DNA of 64,000 bases from Styela clava (taxonomy: Eukaryota). Within the stretch, counting starts at the first letter, position 1; each line of letters begins with the position of its first letter. Under the pieces are notes generated by a model. It saw nothing but the letters and a program-made list of their open reading frames with translations, ran no database searches and was not told the origin of the DNA. Shown here in pieces: positions 1-14,471 of this stretch. The DNA is taken from assembly GCF_964204865.1 (NCBI RefSeq), contig NC_135254.1:13888001-13952000 (forward strand), in the 5' to 3' direction. A program made the position numbers and the translations under genes.

Positions 1-3000
1 GTTGACGAAGGTCTTCCAGAAATGCTGGCACTCCTGTGTCCAAACGGGGAAGAGTCTCTGCTTTCTGGTGACTTCCTCTGGAACCAAGTCATAAGAGTTC
101 CCCTGTATAATAAATGTTTCTTTATAAACACCCATATTATATGTACTATACATATAAATAGATTCATGTTCAATTGAATAGAAAAACAAAGGTACCGAAA
201 CAGCAGTCAAGTTCCCAATTTATGTAAATCGGAAAAGATATTTGGTCTTTGAATTGCAATATAATGGCATGAAAAGATACAATTCCATAAAAGATAGCAA
301 GTTATAAATACTCACAATGCATTACTTTTCCTATTGACTTCTTCTGAATCGTCATTGGTATAGTTTTTCGATGAATTATCTCTCAGTGAATAAATATCAG
401 CTGATTTACATTCCATATTTCTTCTCGTGATATGAACATAACTTCCGGCTTCGTCTCCCAACTTTCTCGATCTCGGTAGTCGATTCAATGTCATTGAAGT
501 AGGTGAGACATTTGCGGCCTCCATATGCATACGAGTTGATTCTTCATTCGCCGAATTTGAACGATGTTTTCTTGGAGATTCTATTTCAATTGCGATTTCA
601 GTTATTAAGTTTTTACTATCTTCATCACTAGACGATGAAATTTTCGTTTTGAAAAACTTATTCTTTCTCATTTTGCGGAAACGTTCCATTGCTGATTTTT
701 CCCGTCGAATGCGATAACTTCGTTCCGAACACAAACTTTGGGATGAGCCAAATATTGGTTGAGATTTTGAAAAGAAATTTGCGGTATCTTGAGGAGTAAT
801 GAAAGGAATTTTCTGGCAACAGGGAGACGATTTCTCCAATAGAGGAATAAGATCAGCGGCGACGTCGTCAAATGAGGTTGATTTAATCTTGTTTGAAAAG
901 GTTGCATCCATGAATGACTTCTGTAAACATAAAATGATAATCAGAATGATAAAGACATTTCAAATCCAATGAAACAATGAAATCGGACGGTCACAATTAC
1001 ATTTATCGCTTTTCACTTACCAAAATATTTCATTGAAAGGAATAGTATACAATCCGTTTTTACTATATTTAGTTTTAATTTTAGAACAATCTGCCAAAAA
1101 TATTGTGTATTATACATACCTCTGCATTTCCTCTGAATGGTTGTAGAAGAGCGATCAGGAACGATGGTCGTCTTCGTTTTTTGGGCATTGTGTCGTCACC
1201 ATGGGGTGCACGTGACACATCGTTCAATGTTAAAAGTTCAACTTGGGTTTTGAGTGTATCCAAGTTATCAAGATGATCACACTTTTCCAGCATGGTGTGT
1301 GTGGAATGAAGTATAGTCGGAGGAGGTGAGAAAACGGGAGCCATCTCGTTCGAATTTTTCTGAACTTTAAATAATTCAACAACTTCGTCTTCGTCAAATT
1401 CGGGTTCACTATAGTAACCTCGGTCCTCGTCGACCTTGGTAGATATTCTCTTCCACCTGCGCGTTTCGATATTATTGTTGTTTTCAGTTTCCAAGTCAGT
1501 GTTTGATAGGTTGAGATCTTCTCTTTCGTCTTCAAAAAATCAATAAAACAAATAAATTGAGTTTTCAGCTAGAAATCTATATGGTAATAATGAGAGATAC
1601 TGTTCTATTTGCGCAACGTTTTTTGGCTTCCTTCCGGGTTAAGCTAAAAAAGACCAGCCACTTTCCCTTGCTGCAAGTACTAGTATTGGCAATTGAATCG
1701 GTTCAATATTTAAATATAGCAAGATCAAGGCGCTAATATTATTTTTTTTATTCCACCTAGTTATATTTGCATTGCGGTGTTACAGTAAATGTTATTTTGA
1801 TGTATAAACGAATACAAATGAATGTAAACAATGAAAATTATCGAGTGAGGCAGATAAATACCCCGATCAAAAGACAAATCGCGCGTGAATATAAGTTTTA
1901 GAAAGTGCGTCGTTAGTAATGGGCAGTTTTTTGGAATAGAATGCGTGTTCCATTTTCGCACACGTATCTTATCAATTAAAAATTTTCATTCCAGACTTAT
2001 TGATGTTCAATTCAAAGTGGCAATTATATATTAAATTGTTAATTGTTATAATAACTAAAACAAGCAGTATTTGGAATGTGACGTAACGCAAGAATGCTTC
2101 ATGATTCAGTAAATATAAGTAGTGGTCGTTGATTGACTCAAAACTTCCATATATTGTTATGTTTTATAACCATGGCCGATTCCAGAGGGGAAATTAATCT
2201 CACATACCTTATTATGAGAATTCGGTTCCACGTAACTACGGAAATAGGATGACGCCATACTTAACGCTCATAAAACCCGATCTAACCTCTGAAATTTTTT
2301 TATTGTGTGTCGATGACGCGTCTATTAACTACCATTTACCTTCAACGCGAGACCAAATATGTATAAGTAATATTTTGATACCCTTTATGATTTAACGTAT
2401 ATCTTCATGTAAGTAATTCATTAATTCCCCGCAATAATTGTTTTGGTTAATGACGCGTACTAGTCTACGTCTGTCCGATCAATATAGGCTTGAAAATATA
2501 GCCGGACATCATTTAAATTGAAACCAAATTTCATGGACATTATGATGTTAGTTGCTAATTGATAAAATGATTATATCGACTGGAGATTTATTTGCATAAC
2601 TTTCTGTCATCGAAAATACACTAGTAATAAAACAAATCCCAATATTTGAAACTTTTTTTCAATTTACCAAAAATGGAAAATTCTCATTCAAAAAATATAA
2701 CGTACCATCTGTAGTGTTTGCTGCCTTTTGTGACTCCAAATAAGCCGCCATTCTTAGATGTTGCTTTTTTGCTCGAACTCTTCCCGTTCTAGACAAGGTG
2801 AGTCCATGTTCCAACATTGCAGAATCAAATTCCAAAGTAGCGGGATCAACATACATCATGTCCGACTGAATTGCAGGCATATTATCGCTTTGACTCGAAT
2901 CTTTTTTTCTTGGAATGCTCAGATATTCAGAAACATTACCAATAATTTTTTCTGTTTTGCAATTTACAGGTTCAAGTTGGGTAACAGTTTTCAACGTTTT

Positions 3001-6000
3001 TAAATCTGTGAAATTGAAAATAATTATTAGAGATTGTGCATACTACTGCCAGCAAAGATGAAAAGCTGGCGTCAAAATTGCATATGAGTGTATATGCGTC
3101 AATAGAGCGAAACATCACAATTGAATATTCCCAATCGAACAATTAATAGGCATTATGTTCATTTCCGCCTATTATTCACCAAAACCAAGACAGAAACGTA
3201 AAAACATCTTCAATCGGGTTGACACAAAATTAATCGTGAATCCGTTATGCTTTACAATATATTGAAAATGTCATCTAGATATCTCTAAACCCAGTTCATT
3301 CTATCATATTAGTTCTTCAGTTTAGAGGTATAACATATTAAATTCCTTTTTTTCCACCTTTGCAACTAATGTGTATATATCTAAAACCATGCAAATCACG
3401 GTATGCCATTTGGGATGTCTTTAACTGGTTCTTATTTCAATAAACTATACATGAATCGACATTTCATAATAGCCCTGTAATCAACCTTTCTTCGAAATAT
3501 TTAGCATAATCGATTTCTTAAACGTGAAATTAAAGCATGCAACATGCTGTTTAATACTATCCTAATTTTTTCTGGTGAAGACTTTTTTGGTTAGATATTT
3601 AAAAATACATTCAACAGCATTGCTCCGAACAATACCCCGACTCAATCTATTGGTCTGAATCTGAACCGATACTACAATTGAATAGCGTTTGCCACAATCC
3701 TTACTCAACAATCCAGTGATAAGTCAATACAATCGCATGCAATTGGGTCATTGCAGTACCTTGAATCGTCTTGAATGTTGCAAATGTACCCTCGACCTTC
3801 CTCTTTTAGTTCTATACAATGAATGAGTTGCCTTTTCGATAAAAATAGCCAACGTATGTCAATTCAATCACTTCACGAAGCCTTCATCGCAACTAAAACA
3901 ATACGAAGCCATTCGCTATATTTTGTGCGTCATCAAGACACGACACCGTCAACTATATGGTTTACACAATTTTCCGTTCAGGAAATTACTTTACTACCAA
4001 ACATAGTCGACTCTACCTTTACAATGTTCCTAGCGGTCGTTTTATGGAAGCCTCGTGCATAAATTGAGTCCTATGTCGTTATTTAGCCTTAGGAGAAACC
4101 CATATCCAAATATTATTGTTATAAAAAGACTAATTTTAGATTACACCAGGGAGCCCAGCAAATAATTTATCGTATTTTATCGCAACAGCAAACACCGCTA
4201 AGCCGCTTATATAATAAGGGAAAATTACCAGAACGCAACGCAACGATATTAATAATTAAACGCGGAAATAACCCATTATGGTATATCATATTTTGCCAAA
4301 CAGAACTATATTAAGCGTAAATTGGAGAGAGTTGTCTGATGTGGTTACCCCCCTGATTAAAATATTGGTAGTAAAGAAAAAAGCATACGGTGCTATATTT
4401 GTGTTTCTTGTCTAAAGCCTTTGTCGGAGCGTGGGCGTGAAACACTCTATAAACTAATTATATGGTGAAGTTTATTGCTATATAAACAATTCAGCATTCG
4501 TTTACCTCACAAGAGAATTCCTACTGATTATCTCCCAACAGAAAGCTCAAATCTGAAGTAGTTTTTTTTCTGGACCTAACTATCAAGAGCTCATCTGTGT
4601 AATAGCTCACTATATATATTTACACTGGCATCACCTATCTTAAGTACTAGCAGTATGTAATTAACATTGCGAAATTGTATACGTAATTGTTATTCTTAAG
4701 ATTTCCTGTTTAAAAGTTTATCTGTCGCTAATCCATAAATTGCAATCACTTTTGGGCAAATCACAGTATTGATACAGTAATACCACAATACGGTACAATA
4801 TCTGATACCCAAAATCAGAAACATGCAATCATTGCGAAATGAGTAACTTTTCCGATACTACCGGTTCACTTTTTTTCTAAATACAATTCCATATTGAACA
4901 AAACTAAAAAGATGTTTTTCACTATTTTTGATAATCTGATTAAAAACTACACTTATATTATTTCGTTTCCTAAAAACTAATGCTTGCTGGAAACTATGTT
5001 TCGTACATGCGTCCGACAGTCGAGCTTTCTTTCGTGTAAAAATATAAGCGCTTTGATTTTGAACACTCGAGAAATGCTAATTAAACTAATTTCCGATTGA
5101 AATGCCGGCGGCCGTTTTTCGGTTAATTTACTATAAATGCGCGCTGTATTTTTTCACAGAATAAGCCCGGGATCAATAAGAGATATCTAATTAATCAATA
5201 GAAAAATCAAACGAATGATAGGCTGGTCTGATATATCACAATTCGTGTTAGCTATGATGTATTACGGGATCCGGGCTTGTCTAAAAATAGATCGACCTAA
5301 AGTCGAACTGGCGCGTATTCAAATACGAATTCGAAACGTGAAATGCGTACATACTGCACCCATACATTTTCAAAATTGTTAGGATTTACAAATATGTTTT
5401 GAATCGTTATTGGCTAGCGGGGGAAATACGGGGGACATTTCACATATTCCCAAAAGGGAACGTGTACGATAAACTCAATATAGGAACGCAATCCAAGTAT
5501 TTTTCTGGTCTATTTTATTTTTGTTACCAAACTGCTGCGAATCGAGTTCGTTTTTGCATTCGAGCCTTCGCGGGTCAAATCGAGTCTTGAAATTTAAATA
5601 TTCCCCTACAATATTTGTAATATATGGTTTGTAATCAAATGTTAGTAGATATACACGGGCATTATGGTTTATTATCCAAAAACAATAAACTCGCTCACCC
5701 TGTGTTGACGTACCGCTGACGTCATCTTGACTGGAAATTGATATTGGACGAAAATTGCTGGACGAAGATTGGCATTCGAGTTCATCGGAGTATAGAATTC
5801 GAAAGGTGCTGTTGTTACTTTCTGCTTGTTGGCCTCTAGGTTTGAGTTTCAGTTCTGATTGGCGTTTAGAAATTATTCTCGCTGATTTTGTACGGTGAGA
5901 TCTGACAAAAGCGGGACCCATTACAAAATTTGGTGAATTTGACAGGTCTCTAGCGCCTCCTCGTTTGGGTGTCCGGCTCTGGTGTGATGGGCGAGAAACG

Positions 6001-9000
6001 GGGACGATAGAATTTTCCCTCTTCCTGTTTCTCTCGTTTCTCCCAGTTTCTGAAAGATATCTACGTAAAGCTGGACTGTTTCTTGTACGAATCTCTTTCT
6101 TGCGACGTACAACTTTTACGTCTCGTTGTTGGCTCCTCACGTTTTCGTTTTCTTGGCCTAGAAATTTGACAAATAGATTTTTGACGTCACTATGAAAACC
6201 TGTTTGAATTTGAAGTATTAATTTATCAAGTACGTCACATACCTGTCACTCTCCTGAGCGGTCTTTTTGTTTCTTTAGGTGAACCATCAAAATTGAAAAG
6301 ATTCTGACGAAATAAAAGATTACCTCGTGAACTAGCGTCGTAATTAGGCTAATTATTCAATCCATTATTGCAAATTATATTTAAATGATATTAATTACTA
6401 TAAATTTGTTATCTAACGATCATTATGCTTTCGTCCATGCTGGACCACAAAAACTACCCCAAAAGTATGTATCGGTCATTAGACATTACTTTGAAAATGC
6501 CTGTTTTATAGATATTATGATGACATTCGTACCTTGTAATAAGCATCAATAGCGTTGTCATTCGCTCTCGCATTGAGCTGATGTTCTGCCAGAGGCCGCA
6601 GTTTTGAACAGAGAGTTGATTTGCTTCTTGTCATATTGACGCCATGTCTGTGTTTTAAATCTCTTTTGTGAGCTTTCTGGATACCTTGATTTGTATCTAA
6701 AAATTAAATTGTGAAATTAAAAAACTAAATTTATAAGAATGAGCATTAAACAACAAGCTGTAAATCAAATTTTCAAGCCTCGAAAAAGAGATATGTTACA
6801 TACTATTTTCTGGCATCGTCCTTGCTGCCAAATGTTTTCTTCTACCTAGAATTTCACCCAGTAATTGATACCATCCATGTATAACCTGGGATAGGAAAAG
6901 ATTACAACTTTATATGATTAACAAAACAAAATGTTATTGTGAGTATACTGGCAATACATTCATTACTTTAATATGTTATAATAAAAGAATATCATAGTGT
7001 CATTTTCTCTGACAATAGAAAAATAAATATTTCTTGACTTTTCACATTTCAAAAATCAATTTGTCATCTTCAATTACAATTGTCGACTTATTCAGAAATG
7101 ACTGACAGACTGAATGAAGATAGAGTGAACGTACTTGAATAAAACGTGAATAAAAGGACCATTACCTTCTGCTGAAATTTCAACTTTCTGACGCTGAAAC
7201 TCATACAACCAATGAATTCGGAGTTCTCTCTGTGTTCGAATCGTTGCCATGCTGAAATCAGTAGTCGCCTACTTGTGGTTTCATTTGGTAGTTGACTATA
7301 AAAAGAAATTGAGAAATCAGTTTCAGGTCAAATTATTCAACTTTTGTTGCAAATTTTGAGTTGGGATCTTCCCAAATACACAGTAACATAAAATATCTTG
7401 ATCCTAATATTAGTTGATACAAATATTCATATTCTTGGACTGTTTTTAGTGCGTAGCATATTGACACAGTATAGGTTAGTCAGAGACATAATACCACAAA
7501 AACGCAGAGAGCGCGACCCACGAAACCAAAATTCTGTTTACATAGATAGACTTGTCGTCTGAGCAAACACATTGAATAATTATTTTCTTCATATTTATCA
7601 AATCTCGATATTTAAAAGAAGCTCGGCTATCACAAATATACTTACAAAGTAAAAGTCTCATGGAAATTTACAGTATGTCCAGTGATCTTGTTTACGGTAG
7701 TTTTGTATCTCTCATTTTCGTATGCATCAGGAGACAGAGAAAGCTGTAAGAACAATGAATAAGAAATTCGGGACAATGAAAATTTCAGATTTGGAATACT
7801 TAAAATTATCAAAAGTTATGCTGATGAATTTACACTCACCCTTATATAAACCGATCTTCCTTGTCTGTTGGATATCGGCTCCAATCCTTTCAATTCCAAA
7901 ACTGTAACCGTAAGACGGCGCTCGCTTCCACATATCACAAGTTTGAGTTGACCTAAATGCACATTACAAACATCTACATGAATATCGATCATTGTTATGA
8001 AATTGCAAATTAAATGTTTGCACAATGCGAACGAGGTATTTATACGGACATATTTTTTTTCTTCAAAAAGTACGGTTCCGGGGCTCAGACAAGTCTGAAA
8101 CACCTGCTATTATAATGCAGTCCTATTCGACGGGCCACGGAAAACAGACGTATTTCGTGTAAGTCGTTTGTTTGATAACAATTGCCACTAATTAAAGCTA
8201 ATTACGCTGAATTAGAAAACTTGCCACACGAACCAGCCGTTCATAGAAAAGTTACATTTTGTTAATTCCTTATGCATGTATCTATAGATGCGTGAGCAAA
8301 TTACCACTTTGTTCGGAACACCGCTAAACTCAAACGCTAGCCAGTTTTCTAGCCTAGCGCATTTTTTCTTCTAATTTTCATGAGATGTTTTGTAGTCTCA
8401 GTATGTAACAGTTTACAGAAGTAACAGTCAAAATGTTTATCGCATTATTACTAGAGTAATATATCAGGAAACGACAATGAAATATCTGTACATAAATATC
8501 TTTAATTAAACAAAATTTTAACCTGGATACAAAATATGTTATTTTCATATTCTTACCTAGCATCATAACGTTCGAGGCCTTGTTACATTAGTTATTATAA
8601 TTGCATTACATATTATGTATACATAATCATATATATAACTACAAAGATAACCACTTTCTGATACAAACAAAGAGAACAATTACATTTTTTGTCAACTTTC
8701 CTCGTGTGGCGTTTATTGTACATGAAAATAGAGACTTATTAGGAGACAATTTTTTATAAAAGTTTCAAATACTAAGTTAAGGTAAAATTTTAAACTTATG
8801 TTACTCTGTTACAACGAACTCTACCCAACAACAGTTGCCTCAAATAATAACAACATTGTTGAAACGACTCATTTGAAGTTACTTATGGAGTAGGCTCTTA
8901 CTGAAGCTAAAGTGTATTACTGAAACACATGTGCCTAAGCAAGGGATGCGGCTCAGACACAAGTTTTATGTATGATCTTGAGTTGGCCTGACGACCTATG

Positions 9001-11376
9001 TCACTCTAAAACGAACAAGTAAAGGGTTGTACTTCTCGGCGACGTTTAAAACGGAAAGTACTCGAGGACGCTATTAAAGTAGCTGACGACGATGATAACA
9101 ATTGTTTACTTTATGGATTTTCGAGATAGTCTCACGAACAGGCTCGAAGCAAATTCAACTCAGCCATAACCATAGGCTTTACGGCTACTTTAGTATTTCC
9201 TGCCCCTAAACATTATTTCAAATCTTTCCTGAACTCATGAAACTGAACTCTGCACTCATAGCCGAAACCCGATGTAATTTTTACCCAAACTGAGATAACA
9301 TGGTAGAATATTCCCCCGGCTTATTACGACAATGTCGGTTCAGCTCTGAGACAGTATAACTTGTGCAAGACACTGGTACGCCTAAAATGTTATTAATACA
9401 ACGAAATGTTTATTGCCAACCTCAAAGTTCTAAATATTTGTTCATAACTACAGATTTTTCCATCTAAAAATTTTGATTACGCATTATTAACGATAGTGGA
9501 TTGGGTTTACGGGGCTAATTAAACTGTCGTGAATAACTAAGTTTTCACCTCTAACTGTGATAAAGTATTTAAACTATGTCATTAGGCAGGAAGCAACATT
9601 GCACAATATGTTAAATTAACCATGAATCCTTAAATCCTAACTATAACAATAACTTTTCCAGAATGGGATTAGGTAACCAGGTCTATTCTCTACAGGGATG
9701 CATATTAATCTCCATTAATTCGCGTTGCTAATCGTCCACTTTTTATTTATTTGAATAAAATCAGTGTTTACATGCGGATATCTTAATAAGGTCGTCATGA
9801 ACAATCACAGAACGACTTTGTTAATCGTCGCCTTCGCAGAATAATGACTTTATGTGATGTGTCACGTAAACAGTTTCTAGTTTATACATATTCAAGTCGA
9901 AATGTGGCAACCATTTATACGCAAAATATCAATCTATCAAGCATCATATTAGTACCGTGTAGTAAAGCGATTTGTTTCGAAGAAAACTATAACCGATTTG
10001 ACGGCATTGTTCAATCAAATGAAAACATACTAACTATTCACGTTGTTTGAAACATGAATCAGGTTCTTTCCTATCCACCACAGTGCGTCATACATACAGT
10101 CTTGCTTTTCAACAACTAGATTTTTCGTTAGCCTGTCGAACTCACTTTCCAGGAATAATTAATATAATATTTTAATTGCAATAATTTACGATGACCGCAA
10201 CACAGAATTTCGTAATCATATTACTTTTTATTAAATAATATCTCATCAAACGGTTCCCTAATGAGTGGTTTGGATAAACGATCCATTAAGATGTCATTTG
10301 AGAGAGGATCGGAAAGACTCAGTTGAAACATTAGTGAAAATAAAAACTGATGGACTATCAAGCCCGGCCATTTATAAGTAATAATAACTATACGCTGGTT
10401 ATCCACAGCCAAGCTGTGCTTGGGTAACACTGACAATGAAAATATAAAAAAGACAGGTGACCTCTCTTACCTCGCTTTGAAAAAGTTCCTTCAGAGTGAC
10501 AGCTGTCAGTCGGACTGTTTGAGCAATGCCCGGAATCGATTTGCTGCGTAACTCGACTCGGGGGCGAAGGGTGGATTGACGTGTAAATGTGGTTTTCTGT
10601 ACTTGAAGGGGAATCCGAAAAAACGTCATCGTCTTCAATTTTCAATCTAGAGAATTAGAACATTATATACATTTATTTATATGTAAATATTGGTAATTTT
10701 ACTCTTTTACTAAATAATTTAGATTTACTTTCGAATATATTTATAAGAAATCTTCAAAAATCGTAAAATGTTACCTTTGAAGCCTTTTTGATGCGATGCT
10801 CTTTCTTGCTAGTCGCTTACTGATCCTTGTCGATTTCCTTGTTACGTATGATCCGGGCGAAGACGAAGTATTGGTTGACGACGAATAACTTCTGTTGTAC
10901 AATAATCTACACCAAGCTAACGATTCGTTTTCTGATTGATTTTCAACTTCCATAGTTGTTCTTAACGGCCCTACGTCACCGAAGATTGAATTTCTCTGAA
11001 TTGATGCGCTGTCGGAATCCCGTATGTTTAAATACTGCAACGAGAGCGACGTCATTGCGTCGCCTGCGTCACTGTCGTTTCTCTCCCGCGACGCAAAACA
11101 ATGGAACTCAGAATCAACTTCGACGGGTAGGGAGTTGTCTATTACTGAATTTATAGACGGAGTCTGTGGGTCATCAACCGTAGTTCTCTCATGTAATTGA
11201 ATTTGTCTTCGTATTCCTCGTCTGCTGAAGTCGTATAATTTGTTTATAACTTTACTCATATTGTTTATAAATAATACTAAAAACAGGAACATCGTTCGGT
11301 TTTACAAAAAGCATCTTTCATTAAGGTTTTTATTTGAAATAGAAAGAAAAATATATCATTACACATCCAGTCTCAT
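1..11376 (-). CDS. RGS3: RGS3-like regulator of G-protein signalling, long C2-domain form; 5' part only, continues past the left edge
   Basis: Phase-consistent GT-AG exons: 11376-11363, 11224-10775, 10646-10471, 7952-7840, 7743-7646, 7295-7166, 6885-6804, 6696-6533, 6303-6243, 6199-5699, 3005-2706, 1529-1120, 920-316, 102-<1 (~1070 aa in window). Exons 4-7 encode GQLKLVICGSERRLTVTVLELKGL...RRLLISAWQR...FIGCMSFSVRKL...IHGWYQLLGEILGRRKHL, closely matching the RGS3 C2 domain as I recall it. The last exons are homologous to the RGS gene at 31-34 kb. The RGS box itself is outside the window (inferred). The first exon is the least certain. Confidence 0.8.
6804..7952 (-). other. C2 domain (RGS3-type) split over four exons
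   Basis: Spliced translation: GQLKLVICGSERRLTVTVLELKGLEPISNRQGRSVYIR|LSLSPDAYENERYKTTVNKITGHTVNFHETFTF|QLPNETTSRRLLISAWQRFEHRENSEFIGCMSFSVRKLKFQQK|VIHGWYQLLGEILGRRKHL. Confidence 0.88.
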
Positions 11377-14300
11377 CGGCTTAAACTTCTGAACAACACT
11401 GAAATGCGAGACACATGTTGTACTTTTCTTTATAAAAGCTTTCCAAAACTTTAAAATTAAAATCGTATTATAATATGGTAAGAGACATAATTGGAACTAC
11501 ATTCGTCGGACATCCACATTGCGCATCTGAATCCCAAAACAAATAAAACAAAGTTATATTTTCTTTATGCAAGAGCGGTTATTATGAAAATCCCGTCGCG
11601 TCCGTCCCGACGGCTGATGCATCCTTTGTTCGTTCTAGTTCCTATTGTTCTCGATGTATCTCGCATGACTAGAAGACGTTCATATGGGAAACGGCAATTA
11701 TGTTTATCTCTGAATTTAAAAGGAGTTATTCAGACTAACAAAACAAAGCGGAAATGATTTTAAAATTCGACAAAGTGCCTGCGTATTACAATGTGAATGG
11801 CAAAAAAAAATATACGATATATTCTGGAGTCCTAATCTTTTTTAAAAGTTTAACCCTGTCATAGACGTTGATTTGCTGGAACATATCTAAATAATTTGTG
11901 ATCAATTTAGAACCAGAATTCATAGTTTACATCACATAATTTGGAAAATATTTGCATCATGGAGAAAAAGTCATATTATGACATCAAAATTTGACGCTTG
12001 CAAAATTTGTTGTTCAAAATTCACTCCAGCTATACAACAATATTGAAATTAAAAGTGCTTCCACGGGGTAGTACTTCCATATAAAGTACACAAGTACTTC
12101 CATATAAATTTCAGAAAAACATTGATTGGAAAATGTAAGATATTTTCGAATTTAACGCAAGGAGAAGAAGGCTAATGATGAAGATGCTGTTTTGCAGTAA
12201 CCTAGCTGATCTTAATACGATACTCCACACTAAAAAATCGACCTATACAACACAAACTACGCAAATGAACAATTATTGCAAAGGTTTCGTGAAAACTCCA
12301 TTACAAAACAAGCAGAAAAAAAAGGTAGTGGAAATAATCATATTCTCAAATAGAATTTTGAAGACTGATTAAATTTTAATCGCTGTTTATCATCATGTTT
12401 TTATATTATGTATTTGCATAGGTGAACTAATATGTATGTTAATTGAAATAAAATCGGTGAGAATTTTGACTTGCGTTCTTCACACCTATTTAAATTCTTT
12501 TTAATCCTATTTGAACCCGCTGCTAATCTGTTTAGTATTTATTTTCTACTTTGTTTCAGACGAGTTTATTGATTATTTGTTCAATGGACTGTAACACCCT
12601 GTAATGAATATAATACCAAATCTTACACACTGTCAAAAATATAAATTCATATGCATAATTTCGTCGTTTTCATCTTAAAGAAAACAGTCCTTATGCTTAT
12701 AGTATTAAATAGTCATATATAGTAATTTTCAGTTTATTCGCTACGTTGCATCCCAAATGGCATTTCTATATAAAATTACTTGATAACGTCAAAACAACTT
12801 ATCTTTATGTAAAGATGGAACCACTATAGTTTACCATAGAAACTTGAAAATTGAAATCATACTATGTAGAATAAAATGTTTTGTTTTTGAATGAGTGTTT
12901 TAGGCCCACGATTGACTACATGGAAACGAAGGGCAACACTGTTTAACCGAACTTGGTATTCTTGATAAAGAATGAATAAACCATAATGCATCATCACAAA
13001 CTCAAGTACAAAGTTATAGCAGATGGATGACTTTGTGGAGTACAACAGGATGTCATATTTATCATGACATGACAAACCCGATAAGACAGCTTATTCATGT
13101 AGAGAAACGCGTTCTTTCGTCCGGCCAACACTCCGGGACAGAGTTGATTATCAGATAGATATGCATTTGAATATCTGAAGTTGAGAAATACCACATAATA
13201 TGCGATGTGGATCATGTTCGAGTGATTTATGAATAATGCACAATCACACAAACAATGTAGCGTTTGAAATTTGCGACCATGGATACATAAAACGCAAAGG
13301 CACCAACACAGGATAAATGTGGATAGTCGCCGCAAACAGTTTCTATTTCACTTTTTGATCAGTCGGTCGGTGCCCAGGGGGAATAAGACTGTAATCAGCT
13401 GTCCTAAAATTTAGGTCAAACCTTTTTTTTTATCGACAACACGAATCCATCAATCTACTTCCATGAAGCCTCCGCTCCGATCTTCTTGAAATTCGATCGT
13501 CTTTTTAGTTTCCGCATATTCTTTTGTTTCACTATCTTCCGTTTCCAGACTTCTCTTGTTCTAAACTTCCGCTATCTTCTAAAGTTGAGCGATCAATGCG
13601 GCAATTATTGTTTCCGACCATTTGACGAGACAGTGACTACGGGCTATGGCGGCAAGATTGCTCAAGTTCAAACAACTAATGTATTTGTTCAGCAAAAATC
13701 GAAAATTTGGGCTCAGCCTATTCATCCAAATATAGTCTTTGTAAGACTATACTATTTGAATTAATCACTTACATATACATAAATTTACCAAGTAAACGTA
13801 CTTGGGTAATTGACCGATATATTTAAAATGTATGATTGCGAGAATATTTTCAGTTTGATTGTTCAAAGTCGCAGGCTGGAGATCTCGGATAGGTTATTCC
13901 AAAATTCTAACTCATTCAAAAGTTAAATTACAAGTTACATACGTTGACAAATTTCAGTAATAGGTATTATCAAGTTTGATGTTTTATATATTTCAGTGAT
14001 TTATTTTACTATTGATCTGGCTTAGACAAAAGTAATTAACTGACTGATTGTACGTTGGCAAACCTTTAGTGTTATCCAAACCCGAAATAAGATCAAGAAG
14101 GAAACAAATAAACAATTCGAATTTTAGACAAATTTACATTCAATCAATAATAATTTGAAAGTTAATTTATTTCTAAATGTGATGCGTCAAATAGCATTTG
14201 TATAATGCAAGCTAATTCAAACAAAATCGATGAGAATTCAGGTGTGTACACTTCACACCAATTAAATCATATTTTAATCCCATTTGGAAATATTTTTAAT

Positions 14301-14457
14301 CCGTTTACACATTTATCTTCTATTTGGTTTTCGAGTAAAGTAAACAGAATATTTTTGCTGTAGAATAACCAGATACTTTTGTTCGGTACGTTTATACGTT
14401 AGTTGGCACTGTGTTTAGGAAAGAAGTTATTAGTGCGAATACAGTTTGAATTTGTCG

Positions 14458-14471
14458 CCACTAGATGGCAG
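14458..14471 (+). promoter_or_regulatory. CTCF-like binding motif at the left edge of the array
   Basis: CCACTAGATGGCAG fits the consensus CCASYAGRKGGCRS. Motif match only. Confidence 0.45.
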
